Source: Candidatus Velthaea sp. (GTDB lineage Bacteria > Vulcanimicrobiota > Vulcanimicrobiia > Vulcanimicrobiales > Vulcanimicrobiaceae). From it: 64,000 nucleotides of DNA. A program made the translations under genes and the position numbers. The stretch lies in assembly GCA_050012475.1 (NCBI GenBank), contig JBEKHC010000004.1:32001-96000 (forward strand), given 5' to 3'. The number at the start of each line of letters is the position of its first letter. Within the stretch, counting starts at the first letter, position 1. A model generated the notes under the pieces. The model saw only the letters and a list, made by a program, of their open reading frames with translations. It was not told the origin of the DNA and ran no database searches. Shown here piece by piece: positions 8,524-18,788 of this stretch.

Positions 8524-10820
8524 TTGCATCATAGCAAAGACGTGGTCGGTGAAGCCGGAGGTGTCGGTGTAATGCTCTTCGATCCGCAGGTCGGATTCGT
8601 GATAGAGCAGGCCGTCCAGCACGTAGGTGGCGTCCCGCACGCCGACGTTGATGACCTTGGTGTGAAAGGGCGCGTACTGGTCGGAAATGTGGGTGTAAAA
8701 CTGGACGCCGGGTCCGCTGCCGTATTTGGGATTGACGTTGCCCATGGCGTGGGCGCGTGCAGCTGATCGGAAGCGCTGACCGTCCGAGGATGAGGTGCTG
8801 CCGTCGCCCCAATGGGCAGCGAAAGGGTGAACGAACTGCGCGTTGACCAGATCGGCCAAGGCCGCCGAGTAGGTCTCCTCGCGGATGTGCCAGGCTTGCA
8901 GCCACGACAGCTTGGCGTAGGTGATTCCGGGGCACGAATCAGCCATTTTGGTGAGACCCAGATTGATTGCGTCGGCGAGGATCACGGCCAACAGTAAGGC
9001 GCGATCCGCGGCGCTCTCGCCGGTTTTGACGTGAGCGAAATGGCGCGTGAAGCCGGTCCACGCATCGACTTCCATGAGCAGTTCGGTGATTTTGACGCGC
9101 GGTAAGAGCGCGTAAGCTTGACGCGCGAGTTCGTCCGCGTCGGCCGGGACACTGTTGGCCAGCGGCGTGACCTTGAGACCCGATTCCGTGATGACCGCAT
9201 CGGGAAGCTCATCTGCCGCGGCGAGCGCGTTGACGACGTCGAGTCGCTGTTCCAACAGGCGAGCCGATCGTGAAGGTAACGGTCGCCATCGATCTCGATG
9301 GGCAACGCCAACGATCGGCTTTCCTTGAGCACCGAGAACTGCTTGGCCGGGAGCAGGTACTCGTTGAAATCCTTGAACTGGCGGGAGCCGCGCACCCAGA
9401 TATCACCGGAGCGTAAGGCGTTCTTGAGTTCGGAGAGCGCGCACAGTTCGTAGAATCGTCGGTCGACGCCGCCATCGGTCAACACCAGGCTTTCCCAACG
9501 CTTGCGCACGAAATCGGTCGGCGCGTCTTTGGGTACGACGCGCTGACCGCCGGCATTCATTGCGCGCAGTACGTTGACCGCATCGAGAACGTCTTGTGCC
9601 GCCGGTGCCGCTCGCAAATCGAGCACGTCGAGCAGTCTGGGGTATAGCGGCGCATCGGCAAGTAGCCATCGCCGATGTAGCGCAGAATAGTCGAACTCTT
9701 CGGACTGCCCGAGTTTTTCGGCTTCGGTCACGCTCGCGATGAACGCCTCCCAGGGCAGCACGCTCTCGATCGCGGCAAACGGATCGGCACCGCTCTGCTT
9801 AGCCTGCATGAGCGCGTTGCCGATGCGCCAATCGAGCCGAACCTTCTCGTTGATCGCCTTGCCTGACTGAGTGAATTCGCTCTCGTGCTTGTGCCTGGCG
9901 CGATTGAATACTGCGATGAGTGCCCGGTCGTGCAGGTCAATGAGCTCATCGATGACCGTCGCGGTGCTTTCGATGACCATCGCCGCGAGTGTGGCGTGCC
10001 GCCGTTCGGGCTCGAATTTGGCCAGGTTGCGCGAGGTCATCTGCGCCCCTTCACGAGCGATCTTGAGCAGACGATTGCGATGAACGGCACTCTCAAGCTC
10101 GTCGGGAAGCCCAACGGCACGCAAGGCTTTTAGGCGTTCGATATGCGTCAGAATGTGCCGCGCCGTCGACGCGGCCGGCGATTGCCGTAGCCACGCCATC
10201 GTCGTGATCGTCTTGTCCACCCGAGGCTTGAGCAGGGCGTCCAGTGAGAGCCGCTGTGCGGGCGAGAGCTTCTCGGAGAGCGTCGCGTAAATCCGCCGGT
10301 TGGCTCGGGTGATCGCCTCAGAGCAGACACGCTCGATCACGCCCAGGGCAGGCAGCAAGACCGCCTTATTGCGCAACGATTCGACCATCGTGGTCGCTAA
10401 GACGATGCCCTTATCGGTTTGCAGCGCGACGTCCGCAAGTTGCGCGACGGCCGATCGATAATGGCCGCCAGTGAACGGCTTGAAGCCGAACACGTCTTGA
10501 AGTTCAAGCAGATGTTCACGCCGCGTTTGCTCGCGCTGGCCGTACCGTTTCCAGGCGTCCGCATTGACGTTGACCTGCTGCGCGACGTAGCGTAGCAACG
10601 GCGCATAGGCCTCGTCGCCGACGCCCAGGATGATCCCCGGATAGCGCATGTAACTGAGCAAGATCGCAAACCCCAGCCGGTTCGATGCCCCGCGACGCTG
10701 CCGGATGAGCGACAGGTCGGACTCGTTCAAGGAGTAATGCCGGATCAAATCATCCTGGCTCGTCGGCAACGACAATAGGCTTTCGCGCTCGGCGACGGAG
10801 AGAATCGAACGGCGCGGCAC
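8524..10820 (-). pseudogene. tnpA: Tn3-family (Tn21-like) transposase, frameshifted and 3'-truncated
   Basis: [53 protein letters not shown]; frameshift near 9258; breaks off after HVFAMM. Confidence 0.92.
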
Positions 10821-10823
10821 GCG

Positions 10824-11384
10824 TTAGCTTTCGGTGCGCAGATACTGGTACAGGGTTTCGCGGCTGATGCCGTATTCGCGCGCGACGAAAGCCTTGGTTT
10901 CACCGCGTTGAATGCGGCGGCGCACATCGACGATCTCCGAATCGGACAACGAACGTTTACGACCGCGATAGGCGCCGCGTTGTTTGGCGATCGCGATCCC
11001 CTCGCGTTGCCGCTCGCGAATGAGCGCGCGCTCGAACTCGGCGAACGCCCCCATCACTGACAGCATCAGGTTGGCCATCGGGGAATCCTCGCCGGTGAAC
11101 GCGAGATGCTCCTTGACGAACTCGATGCGGATCCCGCGGCGTGTCAGCGTCTGCACGGTCTGACGCAGGTCATCGAGGTTGCGCGCGGGCCGGTCCATGC
11201 TGTGCACGACCACCGTGTCGCCGGCGCGCACGAACGTCAGGAGCGCTTCCAACTGCGGGCGCTTCGCGTCTTTGCCCGACGCTTTGTCGCTGAACGTTCG
11301 GTCCAGATCGACGTCTTCCAATTGCCGCTCGGGGTTTTGGTCGAAGCTGCTGACCCGAACGTAGCCGACCCGCTGACCGATCAT
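10824..11384 (-). CDS. tnpR: Tn3-family serine resolvase
   Basis: GYVRVSSFDQNPERQLE, FAEFERALIRERQREGI, C-terminal HTH; SMDRPARN where SMDRLARN is usual. Confidence 0.95.
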   Translation of the reverse strand: MIGQRVGYVRVSSFDQNPERQLEDVDLDRTFSDKASGKDAKRPQLEALLTFVRAGDTVVVHSMDRPARNLDDLRQTVQTLTRRGIRIEFVKEHLAFTGEDSPMANLMLSVMGAFAEFERALIRERQREGIAIAKQRGAYRGRKRSLSDSEIVDVRRRIQRGETKAFVAREYGISRETLYQYLRTES

Positions 11385-11401
11385 GCGCTTCCCTGCCAAG
11401 A

Positions 11402-11522
11402 GTGTCAGGAAAGAATCTATGACCTTGACGCCGATGTGTCAATCAAATCAGAAAATGACCCTATTCTGACGCTTTCTCGGGTCGCACCTTACATCAGGAT
11501 AGGGTATACCCCAATCTGACGC
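11402..11522. promoter_or_regulatory. res site of Tn21-like transposon
   Basis: Several GTCA..TGAC subsites directly upstream of tnpR, e.g. TCAGGATAGGGTATACCCCAATCTGAC. Confidence 0.75.
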
Positions 11523-11526
11523 CCGG

Positions 11527-11564
11527 CTTAGCTGCTATATAGTCCGAAATTCTCTCGTGACCCA
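11527..11564 (-). mobile_element. Degenerate inner Tn3 IR (family B)
   Basis: CTTAGCTGCTATATAGTCCGAAATTCTCTCGTGACCCA, decayed copy of 12186-12223. Confidence 0.8.
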
Positions 11565-11633
11565 CAATACGGCATGCTGAACTCGACGTTTCCCGTCGGC
11601 TAGATCATGCCGGCACAATGAGAGAGGCCCCCG

Positions 11634-12146
11634 ATGCTTCACGGCTGGTACAACTTCTTTGAGCTGACCGGAGCGGCTGGTGCGCAGCTGATCGGGCTGC
11701 TATTCGTCGTCGTAACGCTAGGAGGCACTGGCTTGTCGGCATCACAATCGATGGAAGGCATTCGCGCTTATATAACGCCGACGTTCGTGACTTTCGCCGG
11801 AGTGCTGTTCGAGGCGGCAGCCGCGCTGGCGCTGTGGCCGTCCGATTGGCTAGTCGGCGTGTTTTTCGTTCTTGGTGGTCTGGCGGGCCTCGTCTACAGC
11901 GTCAACGTAATCCGCGCGAAGCGTAGTCTCAACTTCGTTACGCTGGTGGGTCTCGACTGGATTACCTACGGCTGGCTTCCGGCGCTCGCCAACGCGGGTT
12001 TACTTGCCGGCGGAGCCGGATTGATTGCCGGAACATCTTTCGCCCCTTATGCTGTCGCGGCTGCGAGCGTGCTATTGCTGTACCGCGGTATCTATGGCGT
12101 TTGGGACATCACGCTGTGGATGATCAAGAACCGGAAAACCACGTAG
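11634..12146 (+). CDS. Hypothetical membrane protein (transposon passenger)
   Basis: GWYNFFELTGAAGAQLIGLLFVVVT start, multiple TM helices; GAGG upstream. Confidence 0.75.
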   Translation: MLHGWYNFFELTGAAGAQLIGLLFVVVTLGGTGLSASQSMEGIRAYITPTFVTFAGVLFEAAAALALWPSDWLVGVFFVLGGLAGLVYSVNVIRAKRSLNFVTLVGLDWITYGWLPALANAGLLAGGAGLIAGTSFAPYAVAAASVLLLYRGIYGVWDITLWMIKNRKTT

Positions 12147-12185
12147 AGGGAACTCAGCCGGCCAGTGGCCGCTTCGACGTCTACG

Positions 12186-12223
12186 CTTAGCGTGCTATAT
12201 AATCCGAATTCTCTCGTGACCCC
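12186..12223 (-). mobile_element. Tn3-family 38-bp terminal IR (family B, intact outer end)
   Basis: Reverse complement GGGGTCACGAGAGAATTCGGATTATATAGCACGCTAAG. Confidence 0.9.
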
Positions 12224-12227
12224 AGAA

Positions 12228-12662
12228 ATGACGACCTCTACGATCGACCTCAGCAAGCTCGGCTACTTATTCGCCGAGATCATGTCCAGCCACGATGTGT
12301 CGCGCCTCGACGAGATCAAGGCACCCAACTATGTGAACCACAACGCCTTCGCCGAACCGGGCCTTGAGGGATCAAAGAATGTCCTAGGCGCCATCATCGC
12401 GGGCGTGCCCGACCTCAAGGTAACCGCAGAAGACGTTATCGTTTCCGCAGATGGCTCCCGCGTGGTGGGCCGCTACCGTTACGAGGGCACGCACACGGGA
12501 AACATGCTCGGCTATTCCGGTACGGGCAAGCCCTTTGTCATGCGTTCGATCGACATCTGGCGGGTCGAGGACGGACGCTTCGTCGAGCATTGGGACGAGC
12601 TCAACACCCTCGAGGTCTTCATGCAAATCGGCGCGGTGCCACCTCCTCGCCAACCCTCATAA
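12228..12662 (+). CDS. SnoaL-like ester cyclase family protein
   Basis: VPDLKVTAED, EGTHTG, IDIWRVEDGRFVEHW; ATG 4 bp after the IR. Confidence 0.85.
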   Translation: MTTSTIDLSKLGYLFAEIMSSHDVSRLDEIKAPNYVNHNAFAEPGLEGSKNVLGAIIAGVPDLKVTAEDVIVSADGSRVVGRYRYEGTHTGNMLGYSGTGKPFVMRSIDIWRVEDGRFVEHWDELNTLEVFMQIGAVPPPRQPS

Positions 12663-12809
12663 GCTCGCGACCCCACTGGCCACCGATCCGGCTTAGCTCT
12701 GTGATCGAAGCGGTGGGGAGCCCCGCATTCCTACTGGCCGCGATGGCCGGCGTTGCTCGACATCGCGACTAGAACACTTGACTCAATGTCACTCCGAGGA
12801 GAAAGCCCT

Positions 12810-13133
12810 ATGCGAACCTATGAGATGCGAGTATACTCGCTGCGCACGAAAGCGGTGCTCGAATTCTACGCTTCTACCGTCTATCCGCGACATTTCAACA
12901 ATTTTGGACGATTCGGTGTCGAGCCCCACGGCTTATGGACCCAGAAAGACGATGCAGCGCACCGGATCTTCGTCTTAGTTTCTTATGCGGAGGGTGCCGA
13001 TCCCATCGAGGTCGCGGAGCGCTACATAACAGGCCCAGAAGCTGCCGACGATGCAAGAGGCTTTGATGTCGCCGACATCCTAGACGTCAAATCAACGATA
13101 CTGGTCCCATCAACCAATTCTCCGCTTAAATAG
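12810..13133 (+). CDS. NIPSNAP family protein
   Basis: YEMRVYSL, GLWT, STILVPSTNSPLK; GAGGAG upstream. Confidence 0.75.
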   Translation: MRTYEMRVYSLRTKAVLEFYASTVYPRHFNNFGRFGVEPHGLWTQKDDAAHRIFVLVSYAEGADPIEVAERYITGPEAADDARGFDVADILDVKSTILVPSTNSPLK

Positions 13134-13431
13134 CGACCTGGGCTTCGACCTAGAACGAAGGATGAATTGTCTCGCGACATTGGGGATCCAGCGTATCGTT
13201 AGGCGACAAGTCAGTGCAATTGCGTGGCGACCCAAGCCGCGGGAAAGGGACGGACGCCGCGTACGAAACGACGCGAATTAGCTTCGCGCATCTTAGATGT
13301 CATGCCGCGGGTGCAACCGTCCTCGGAAGCCGGCATTTCAAGCGGACGGTGCAGTGTACGGAAGCCGTCACGGCGGCTATGATGTTCGCTTCTTCCGTGA
13401 CAGTGCGATCTGGTGTCCACCGGCCCCCCGA

Positions 13432-13630
13432 AGGGGGCATTCTGGTCATCTCGATTGCGATTTTTATCGTGCTAGGTTCGGTGCTCGAGGGAATCCCGGC
13501 TATCGTCCTTTGCGGCCCGCTCCCGTTCCCCATCGCGATGACTGCCGGCATCTCGGGAGTACACTTTGCGATTGTCGCGGTGCTTGCTACGGGATCGGCC
13601 TTTTCGCCCCGCCGTTTGGTGCCGGATATC
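13432..13630 (+). pseudogene. TRAP transporter DctM large permease fragment
   Basis: FIVLGSVLEGIPAIVL..P, then frameshifted GIGLFAPPFGAGY; truncated at 13631. Confidence 0.7.
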
Positions 13631-13712
13631 GGGGTTGACCCAACACTCGTACCACCAGGGGCCATCTGAAGGCCGCCTGAGTCGTCAGAGCGCGAGACGA
13701 GCGTTCATATCG
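13631..13712 (+). repeat. 82-bp direct repeat, copy 2
   Basis: GGGGTTGACCCAACACTCGTACCACCAGGGGCC..CATATCG. Confidence 0.9.
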
Positions 13713-13817
13713 AGTTCGCAGCGGCCGTAATGGTTGACGTGGGCAGTCAAGAACATTGAACTCGCTCGCGATGCGAAGTCGTCGTCCAACGGGTGCATTC
13801 GGTGGTCCGCATCCACT

Positions 13818-13893
13818 TGAACCGCAAGTCGAACGACTCGGACGTTTCGCCGACGTGAACCGCAAGCCGAACGACTCCGACGTTTCGCCGACG
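13818..13893. repeat. Tandem 38-bp duplication
   Basis: TGAACCGCAAGYCGAACGACTCSGACGTTTCGCCGACG twice, 2 mismatches. Confidence 0.9.
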
Positions 13894-14216
13894 ATACGTG
13901 TTAATGACGCCCCGTTGCTTGGTTCGAAACATCGCGTGACTTGCAGTGAGATCGCTTGGAAAACAAGCCGGCTCGCATTTCGACGATACTTGAGGAGTTC
14001 GCTGCCTGAAAGACTTTGCCCGACTAGACAATAGCCGTGACGCCTGATAAGCTTCTGTTAGTTTTTTCGCAGCGTTACGACGCCGCTCACGCTGCAGAGC
14101 AATGAGTCGTCAGTGCCTCGCGATGTCGCCAGTCGTTCGCGTACATTCGTTTGCTCGCTTTAACGCTGAAAAGCTTTTGCGAAAAATCGACCTTGCGCTT
14201 GTGTTCGGGGGCAGTC

Positions 14217-15920
14217 ATGCGTCAGAGATTGTTGCGACCTCTCTTGGTGTTTACGATCGTCTTGGGTTTGGTTGAGACAGACCTGCCGCTTGCGGTCGGC
14301 GCCACAGATGCCGCTTCGGTGCTGCATCTGGGTCAGCTCGGGACGGCGCTGCAGCCAGGCCACGTCAACTTCCGTCTCGCGGCCGTTCGTGCGAAGGTCG
14401 CTTGTGCTTCACTCAAGGGCCGTGTTCTCGACTCCGTGTCGACCATCACCAGCGCGACCGATATTCCGGCGGCCACCGGCGTGCCGGCTCATTGCGAAAT
14501 CATCGTCTCGGCGAAGAATACGCTGCACATCGCAATCGATTTGCCGAGCGCCTGGAATAGACGGAACTATGTCATCGGCAACGGCGGTTTCGGCGGCGGC
14601 TCCGTCCTGGCGGCAATGCCGACGAGCGGGCGAAATGCCGTGCTGGCGAACAACTTTGCGGTTGCGTCGAACGATGACGGCGAGCCGAACGCGAGCTTTT
14701 CGGATCCCAATTACGGCAGCTTTTTGGCGACCAATCCCGAGGGCCTGGTGGACTATTCTTATCGAGCGGTCCACCTTTCGGCGCTCTACGTAAAGCAGCT
14801 TTCGGCGCTCTTTTACGGACAGGCGGCAGCGGAAACGTATTTCGTCGGATGCTCCGACGGCGGTCGAGAGGGTTTGATCGAGGCCCAGCGCTTCCCTGAT
14901 GATTTCAATGGGATCGTTGCCGGCGCGCCGGTCCTCGCCGACAGCGACTTGCAAATCCAAAACGCCTGGAACGTTCGCGCCTACGGCCAAGCGCCGTTCA
15001 CCGTTTCACAATTGAATACGATCGCCGCGAGCGTCCTCGAGAAATGCGGCGAACGGCTCAACGGTACGGCCGACGGAATCGTTGCCGATCCGCGACTTTG
15101 CCAATTCGTCGCGACGCGCGATATCCCGCAGTGCAGCGGAGCGCCGACGGCGTTGTGCCTCACGGCGGCCCAGACCGCGGCCTATCAACAAATGATTATC
15201 GGCCCGATCAGCAAGGGGCAAATCTACTTCCCCGGCATGCCGGTCGGGTCGGAAGCAAACTGGGCCGGCGCAATCGTACCGGAAAGCCCCGGAACGATCA
15301 CAACGCAGCAATTGCTGGGCGACAACTGGATCCGGTTTGCGCTCGGATATCAAACCGGCAAGACGTTCAACCCCGCAACGTTCAACTACGATACGGACCC
15401 CTACTTCGATAACAATCTCGAACCCATCCACGCGATCTCGGATGCGACGAACACCGATTTGACGGCCTTCGAGCGCAAGGGCGGCAAGATGATCAGCTAC
15501 GTCGGCTGGGCCGATCCGCTCGTCGGTCCGTGGTCGCTCGTGGGCTACTACGAATCCGTGGAGAGCCGGCTGGGCACCGCGTCGACGCTGGGATTCTATC
15601 GCATGTTCACCTTGCCTGGCGTCGCCCACTGCGCCGGAGGCACCGGACCTGACACGATCAATCCGTTCTCGGCGCTGGTCGATTGGGTCGAAAGCGGCTT
15701 CAGTCCCAACACGCTCATCGCCAGCAAATTGGATACTGCGGGCAACGTCTTGTTTCAACGCTTGCTGTGCATGTATCCGTACATCGGCCAGTTCATCGAC
15801 GGCAGCAATGCGAACTCGGCCAGCAGTTGGACGTGCATCCCGGGCCCGACGGGCGTGCCGCTCACCGGATATCCAAACCGCGATCCGTTCGACTCGCGCT
15901 TCCACGCCATCTCACCCTGA
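14217..15920 (+). CDS. Secreted tannase/feruloyl esterase family alpha/beta hydrolase
   Basis: GNGGFGG, GCSDGGREG, GWADP, PGVAHCAGG; hydrophobic N-terminus. Confidence 0.9.
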   Translation: MRQRLLRPLLVFTIVLGLVETDLPLAVGATDAASVLHLGQLGTALQPGHVNFRLAAVRAKVACASLKGRVLDSVSTITSATDIPAATGVPAHCEIIVSAKNTLHIAIDLPSAWNRRNYVIGNGGFGGGSVLAAMPTSGRNAVLANNFAVASNDDGEPNASFSDPNYGSFLATNPEGLVDYSYRAVHLSALYVKQLSALFYGQAAAETYFVGCSDGGREGLIEAQRFPDDFNGIVAGAPVLADSDLQIQNAWNVRAYGQAPFTVSQLNTIAASVLEKCGERLNGTADGIVADPRLCQFVATRDIPQCSGAPTALCLTAAQTAAYQQMIIGPISKGQIYFPGMPVGSEANWAGAIVPESPGTITTQQLLGDNWIRFALGYQTGKTFNPATFNYDTDPYFDNNLEPIHAISDATNTDLTAFERKGGKMISYVGWADPLVGPWSLVGYYESVESRLGTASTLGFYRMFTLPGVAHCAGGTGPDTINPFSALVDWVESGFSPNTLIASKLDTAGNVLFQRLLCMYPYIGQFIDGSNANSASSWTCIPGPTGVPLTGYPNRDPFDSRFHAISP

Positions 15921-15979
15921 GCCGGTCCGATCACGATCTCGAGAGCAAGCAGGCCTGGACATCGCTGCCCGGTGCATAC

Positions 15980-16594
15980 ATGCTCATGCATTCCAAGCTC
16001 TCCATCGAGTCGTCCGGCCGCGGCGTTGCCCGAAATCTGCTTGCGCTTTCGTCCTGCGTCGTAACGGCCGTCCTTTGCCTGCTGGCACTCGCGACGGTCG
16101 TCGCCGCACCGGCCGAGCCGAGCTCGCCCAGTGCTGTCGTGCCCTCCGGAACGCGCCTGCGCTTCCATTTGACGACGCCGCTGGCGTCCGATCGCAACAA
16201 AGCCGGCGACACATTCACGTTTGCCTTGCTCGATCCGATCGTCGTCGACGGCCAGGAACTCGTTGCGGCGGGATCCGCCGGGATGGGGACGGTCCTGGTT
16301 TCAGGCCATAACGGCACGTTGGGCCACGAGGGCGACCTGACGCTGCGGCTCGACCGGATCCGCGTTTCCGGCGCCGCATATCTGCGTTTCGCCGATCAAC
16401 AATTCGAGGTCAATGGAGGCAACCGCAAAGCCGAATCGCGCGTCCTCGGCATCATTCCGGACGCGGGCATCGCGGCGCTGTTCATGCGTGGTAAAGAGAT
16501 CCGGCTGAGCACCGCTACCCCGATCCAAACCGTCCTAACGCGTCCGGCGACGATCGGTGCCGTCACTCCCGCGCCTCTCGCGAGCCCAACGTAA
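15980..16594 (+). CDS. Hypothetical exported protein
   Basis: Hydrophobic N-terminal segment then VPSGTRL..PLASDRNKAGD beta-rich domain; start uncertain. Confidence 0.65.
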   Translation: MLMHSKLSIESSGRGVARNLLALSSCVVTAVLCLLALATVVAAPAEPSSPSAVVPSGTRLRFHLTTPLASDRNKAGDTFTFALLDPIVVDGQELVAAGSAGMGTVLVSGHNGTLGHEGDLTLRLDRIRVSGAAYLRFADQQFEVNGGNRKAESRVLGIIPDAGIAALFMRGKEIRLSTATPIQTVLTRPATIGAVTPAPLASPT

Positions 16595-16618
16595 GGGCTT
16601 CGCGGCGGCCTGCGCGCC

Positions 16619-17629
16619 TCATTTCAGATAGCGCGCGACGTTGGCGTTGTGTTCGGCGAGCGTGCGCGCGAAAGCATGGTGGCCGTCGCCTTTATAGACG
16701 TAGAACAGATAGTCCGACGTGCGCGGCTCGAAGGCGGCATCGAGCGACGCCTTCCCGGGATTAGCAATCGGCGTCGGCGGCAAACCGGTGCGCAGATAGG
16801 TGTTGTACGGCGATTGGATCGCTAAATCGCTTTTGGTAATGACCGTGTGGTGCTCCGGGAAGATATATTCGATCGTCGCGTCGACTTCTAGCGGCATGCC
16901 CAAGCGTAAGCGATTGTAATACACTCCAGCCATCAGGGCGCGCTCGTCGTCGGCCTTCGCTTCGCGCTCTACCAGCGAGGCAATCGTCACGACCTCGGGA
17001 ACGGTGCGGCCCAGCGCCCGCGCGCGGACAGCGGCGTCAGCCGGCAATTCTTTGCGGAATTGATCGGTCATGATCTTCGCCGCCCCGGCCGGGGTCACGT
17101 CGAGCGGCACCAAGTACGTGCTCGGGAAAAGGTAACCCTCGAGCGTCGGGGTCCGGTGACCGTCGAGATCGATCCCGTCGTGCGCGAAGAGGGTGTCGTA
17201 CGCTGCGGCGGTGCCGAGTTTTCGGGCGGCGAACGTCTGCGCGATCTCGCGGGCGGTAAAACCTTCGGGGATCGTTACCCACACGGCGACTTGCGCTTCG
17301 CCGGCGACGAGTTTGCGCAGGATCTCGTCGCTGGTCTCATGCGGCGCGAACGCATATTCGCCGGCCTTGACGCCGGCCTCGTCGCCGCGCATGCGCGCCA
17401 GAATGCGAAATGCGATGGGATGCGCCAACACGCCGGCCGCCTGAAGCGCAGCGACGACGCCGCCGAAGGTCTCGCCGCGCGGGATCACGACCGACGCCTG
17501 CGTTTGCGGCAGCGATCGATCCCCATAGACCGCGTTGCGAAACCAGAGCGCCGAAGCCGTGACGAGCATGGCGACCATCACCAGGATCGCCACCGACGTG
17601 TCGAACAGCGCGCGCCGGACGCGTTTCAC
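16619..17629 (-). CDS. mltG: Endolytic transglycosylase MltG
   Basis: TIPEGFT, LEGYLFPSTY, ASLVEREA, SPYNTY..GLPPTPIANPG. Confidence 0.95.
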   Translation of the reverse strand: MKRVRRALFDTSVAILVMVAMLVTASALWFRNAVYGDRSLPQTQASVVIPRGETFGGVVAALQAAGVLAHPIAFRILARMRGDEAGVKAGEYAFAPHETSDEILRKLVAGEAQVAVWVTIPEGFTAREIAQTFAARKLGTAAAYDTLFAHDGIDLDGHRTPTLEGYLFPSTYLVPLDVTPAGAAKIMTDQFRKELPADAAVRARALGRTVPEVVTIASLVEREAKADDERALMAGVYYNRLRLGMPLEVDATIEYIFPEHHTVITKSDLAIQSPYNTYLRTGLPPTPIANPGKASLDAAFEPRTSDYLFYVYKGDGHHAFARTLAEHNANVARYLK

Positions 17630-18039
17630 CCGTTGCGACGCCGCCGCAGATAGGTATCGAGGATCATCGCCGCGGCCAGCTTATCGACGACCGTGCGCCG
17701 CTTTTTGCGTGAGAAATCGGCGGCGATGAGCGATTTCTGCACCGCCGCCGTCGTCAGCCGCTCGTCGACCAGCTCGATCGCACCATCGAATGCGCGGGCC
17801 AGATGGGCGACGAAGGCGTCGACCGTTTTCGCCGATAGACCGCGCTCGCCCGCCAGCGTCAGCGGATCGCCGACGATGATGGTCCGCGCCGCGCGCTCGC
17901 GAGCGATCGCAACGATGCGCTCGACGTCGGCACGCACGTTGGTGCGTTCGATCGTGTCGAACGGCAGTGCCATCGTGCCGACGCTCACGGCCACGCCGAT
18001 CCGTCGCTCGCCGACGTCGAGCGCGATGATGCTGTCCAT
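17626..18039 (-). CDS. ruvX: Holliday junction resolvase-like RuvX/YqgF
   Basis: ALDVGERRIGVAVS, VDERLTT, VDKLAAAMIL. Confidence 0.93.
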   Translation of the reverse strand: MDSIIALDVGERRIGVAVSVGTMALPFDTIERTNVRADVERIVAIARERAARTIIVGDPLTLAGERGLSAKTVDAFVAHLARAFDGAIELVDERLTTAAVQKSLIAADFSRKKRRTVVDKLAAAMILDTYLRRRRNG

Positions 18040-18044
18040 CGCCG

Positions 18045-18788
18045 TCAAACCGGAAACGTGTCGAGCAGACCGCGCGATTTCGGCCGCTTGCCGAGATGCC
18101 AATTCACGAGTTCATCGATCGCCCGCGCGGTGCGCGGCGTAGCGGTCGCCGCAGCGCGGATCGGACCGCCGCGCACTGCGCCGACGGCACGGAAGTTGGC
18201 GACGTCGTCCGGCCGCAGATGGTTGATGTCGCCTCGCCCCCCGCCGCAACGCTCGCACGTCAAGCCGCCCGCATCGACGTCGAGCCAGGCGCCGCGATCG
18301 TTGAAAGGCGCACTGCACCGCACGCAAGCATCGTCGGGGGGCGCCAGACCCAGAGCGCCCAGTAACCGCAACTCGAAGCGCGGCACGAGCGAGGCCGGAT
18401 CGGCGCTTGCCGCCAATGCCGGCGCCGCCGCGCTCAACAATGCGTACACGTCGGGCAGCGGCAGATCCAGCTCACAGAAGGCGTCGACCACTTCGGCCAG
18501 CAGCGAGGCGGCGGCGAACGTTGCGGGGTCGACGAGGCCTTGCCAATGGCTGCGCAACGTCTGCACCGAGGTGATCACGTCGAGGTTTCTCCCCCGATGC
18601 AGCGTGACTCGAACCTCCGATAAGAACGCCAATTGCCCACCCACCGCGCTTCGCGGCCGGCGAACGCCTTTCCCGACGGCATCGAGCTTGCCGCGCCCGG
18701 TCGAAAACAAGGTGAAGATCCGATCGGCTTCGCCCAACTGGCGCGAGCGAAGCACCATCGCGTCCGTGGTATAGCTGCGCTCGGTCAG
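18045..18788 (-). CDS. recO: DNA repair protein RecO (probable CTG start)
   Basis: VLRSRQLGEADRI, KGVRRP, CxxC..CxxC zinc finger; nearest ATG is 18758. Confidence 0.92.
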   Translation of the reverse strand: MTERSYTTDAMVLRSRQLGEADRIFTLFSTGRGKLDAVGKGVRRPRSAVGGQLAFLSEVRVTLHRGRNLDVITSVQTLRSHWQGLVDPATFAAASLLAEVVDAFCELDLPLPDVYALLSAAAPALAASADPASLVPRFELRLLGALGLAPPDDACVRCSAPFNDRGAWLDVDAGGLTCERCGGGRGDINHLRPDDVANFRAVGAVRGGPIRAAATATPRTARAIDELVNWHLGKRPKSRGLLDTFPV

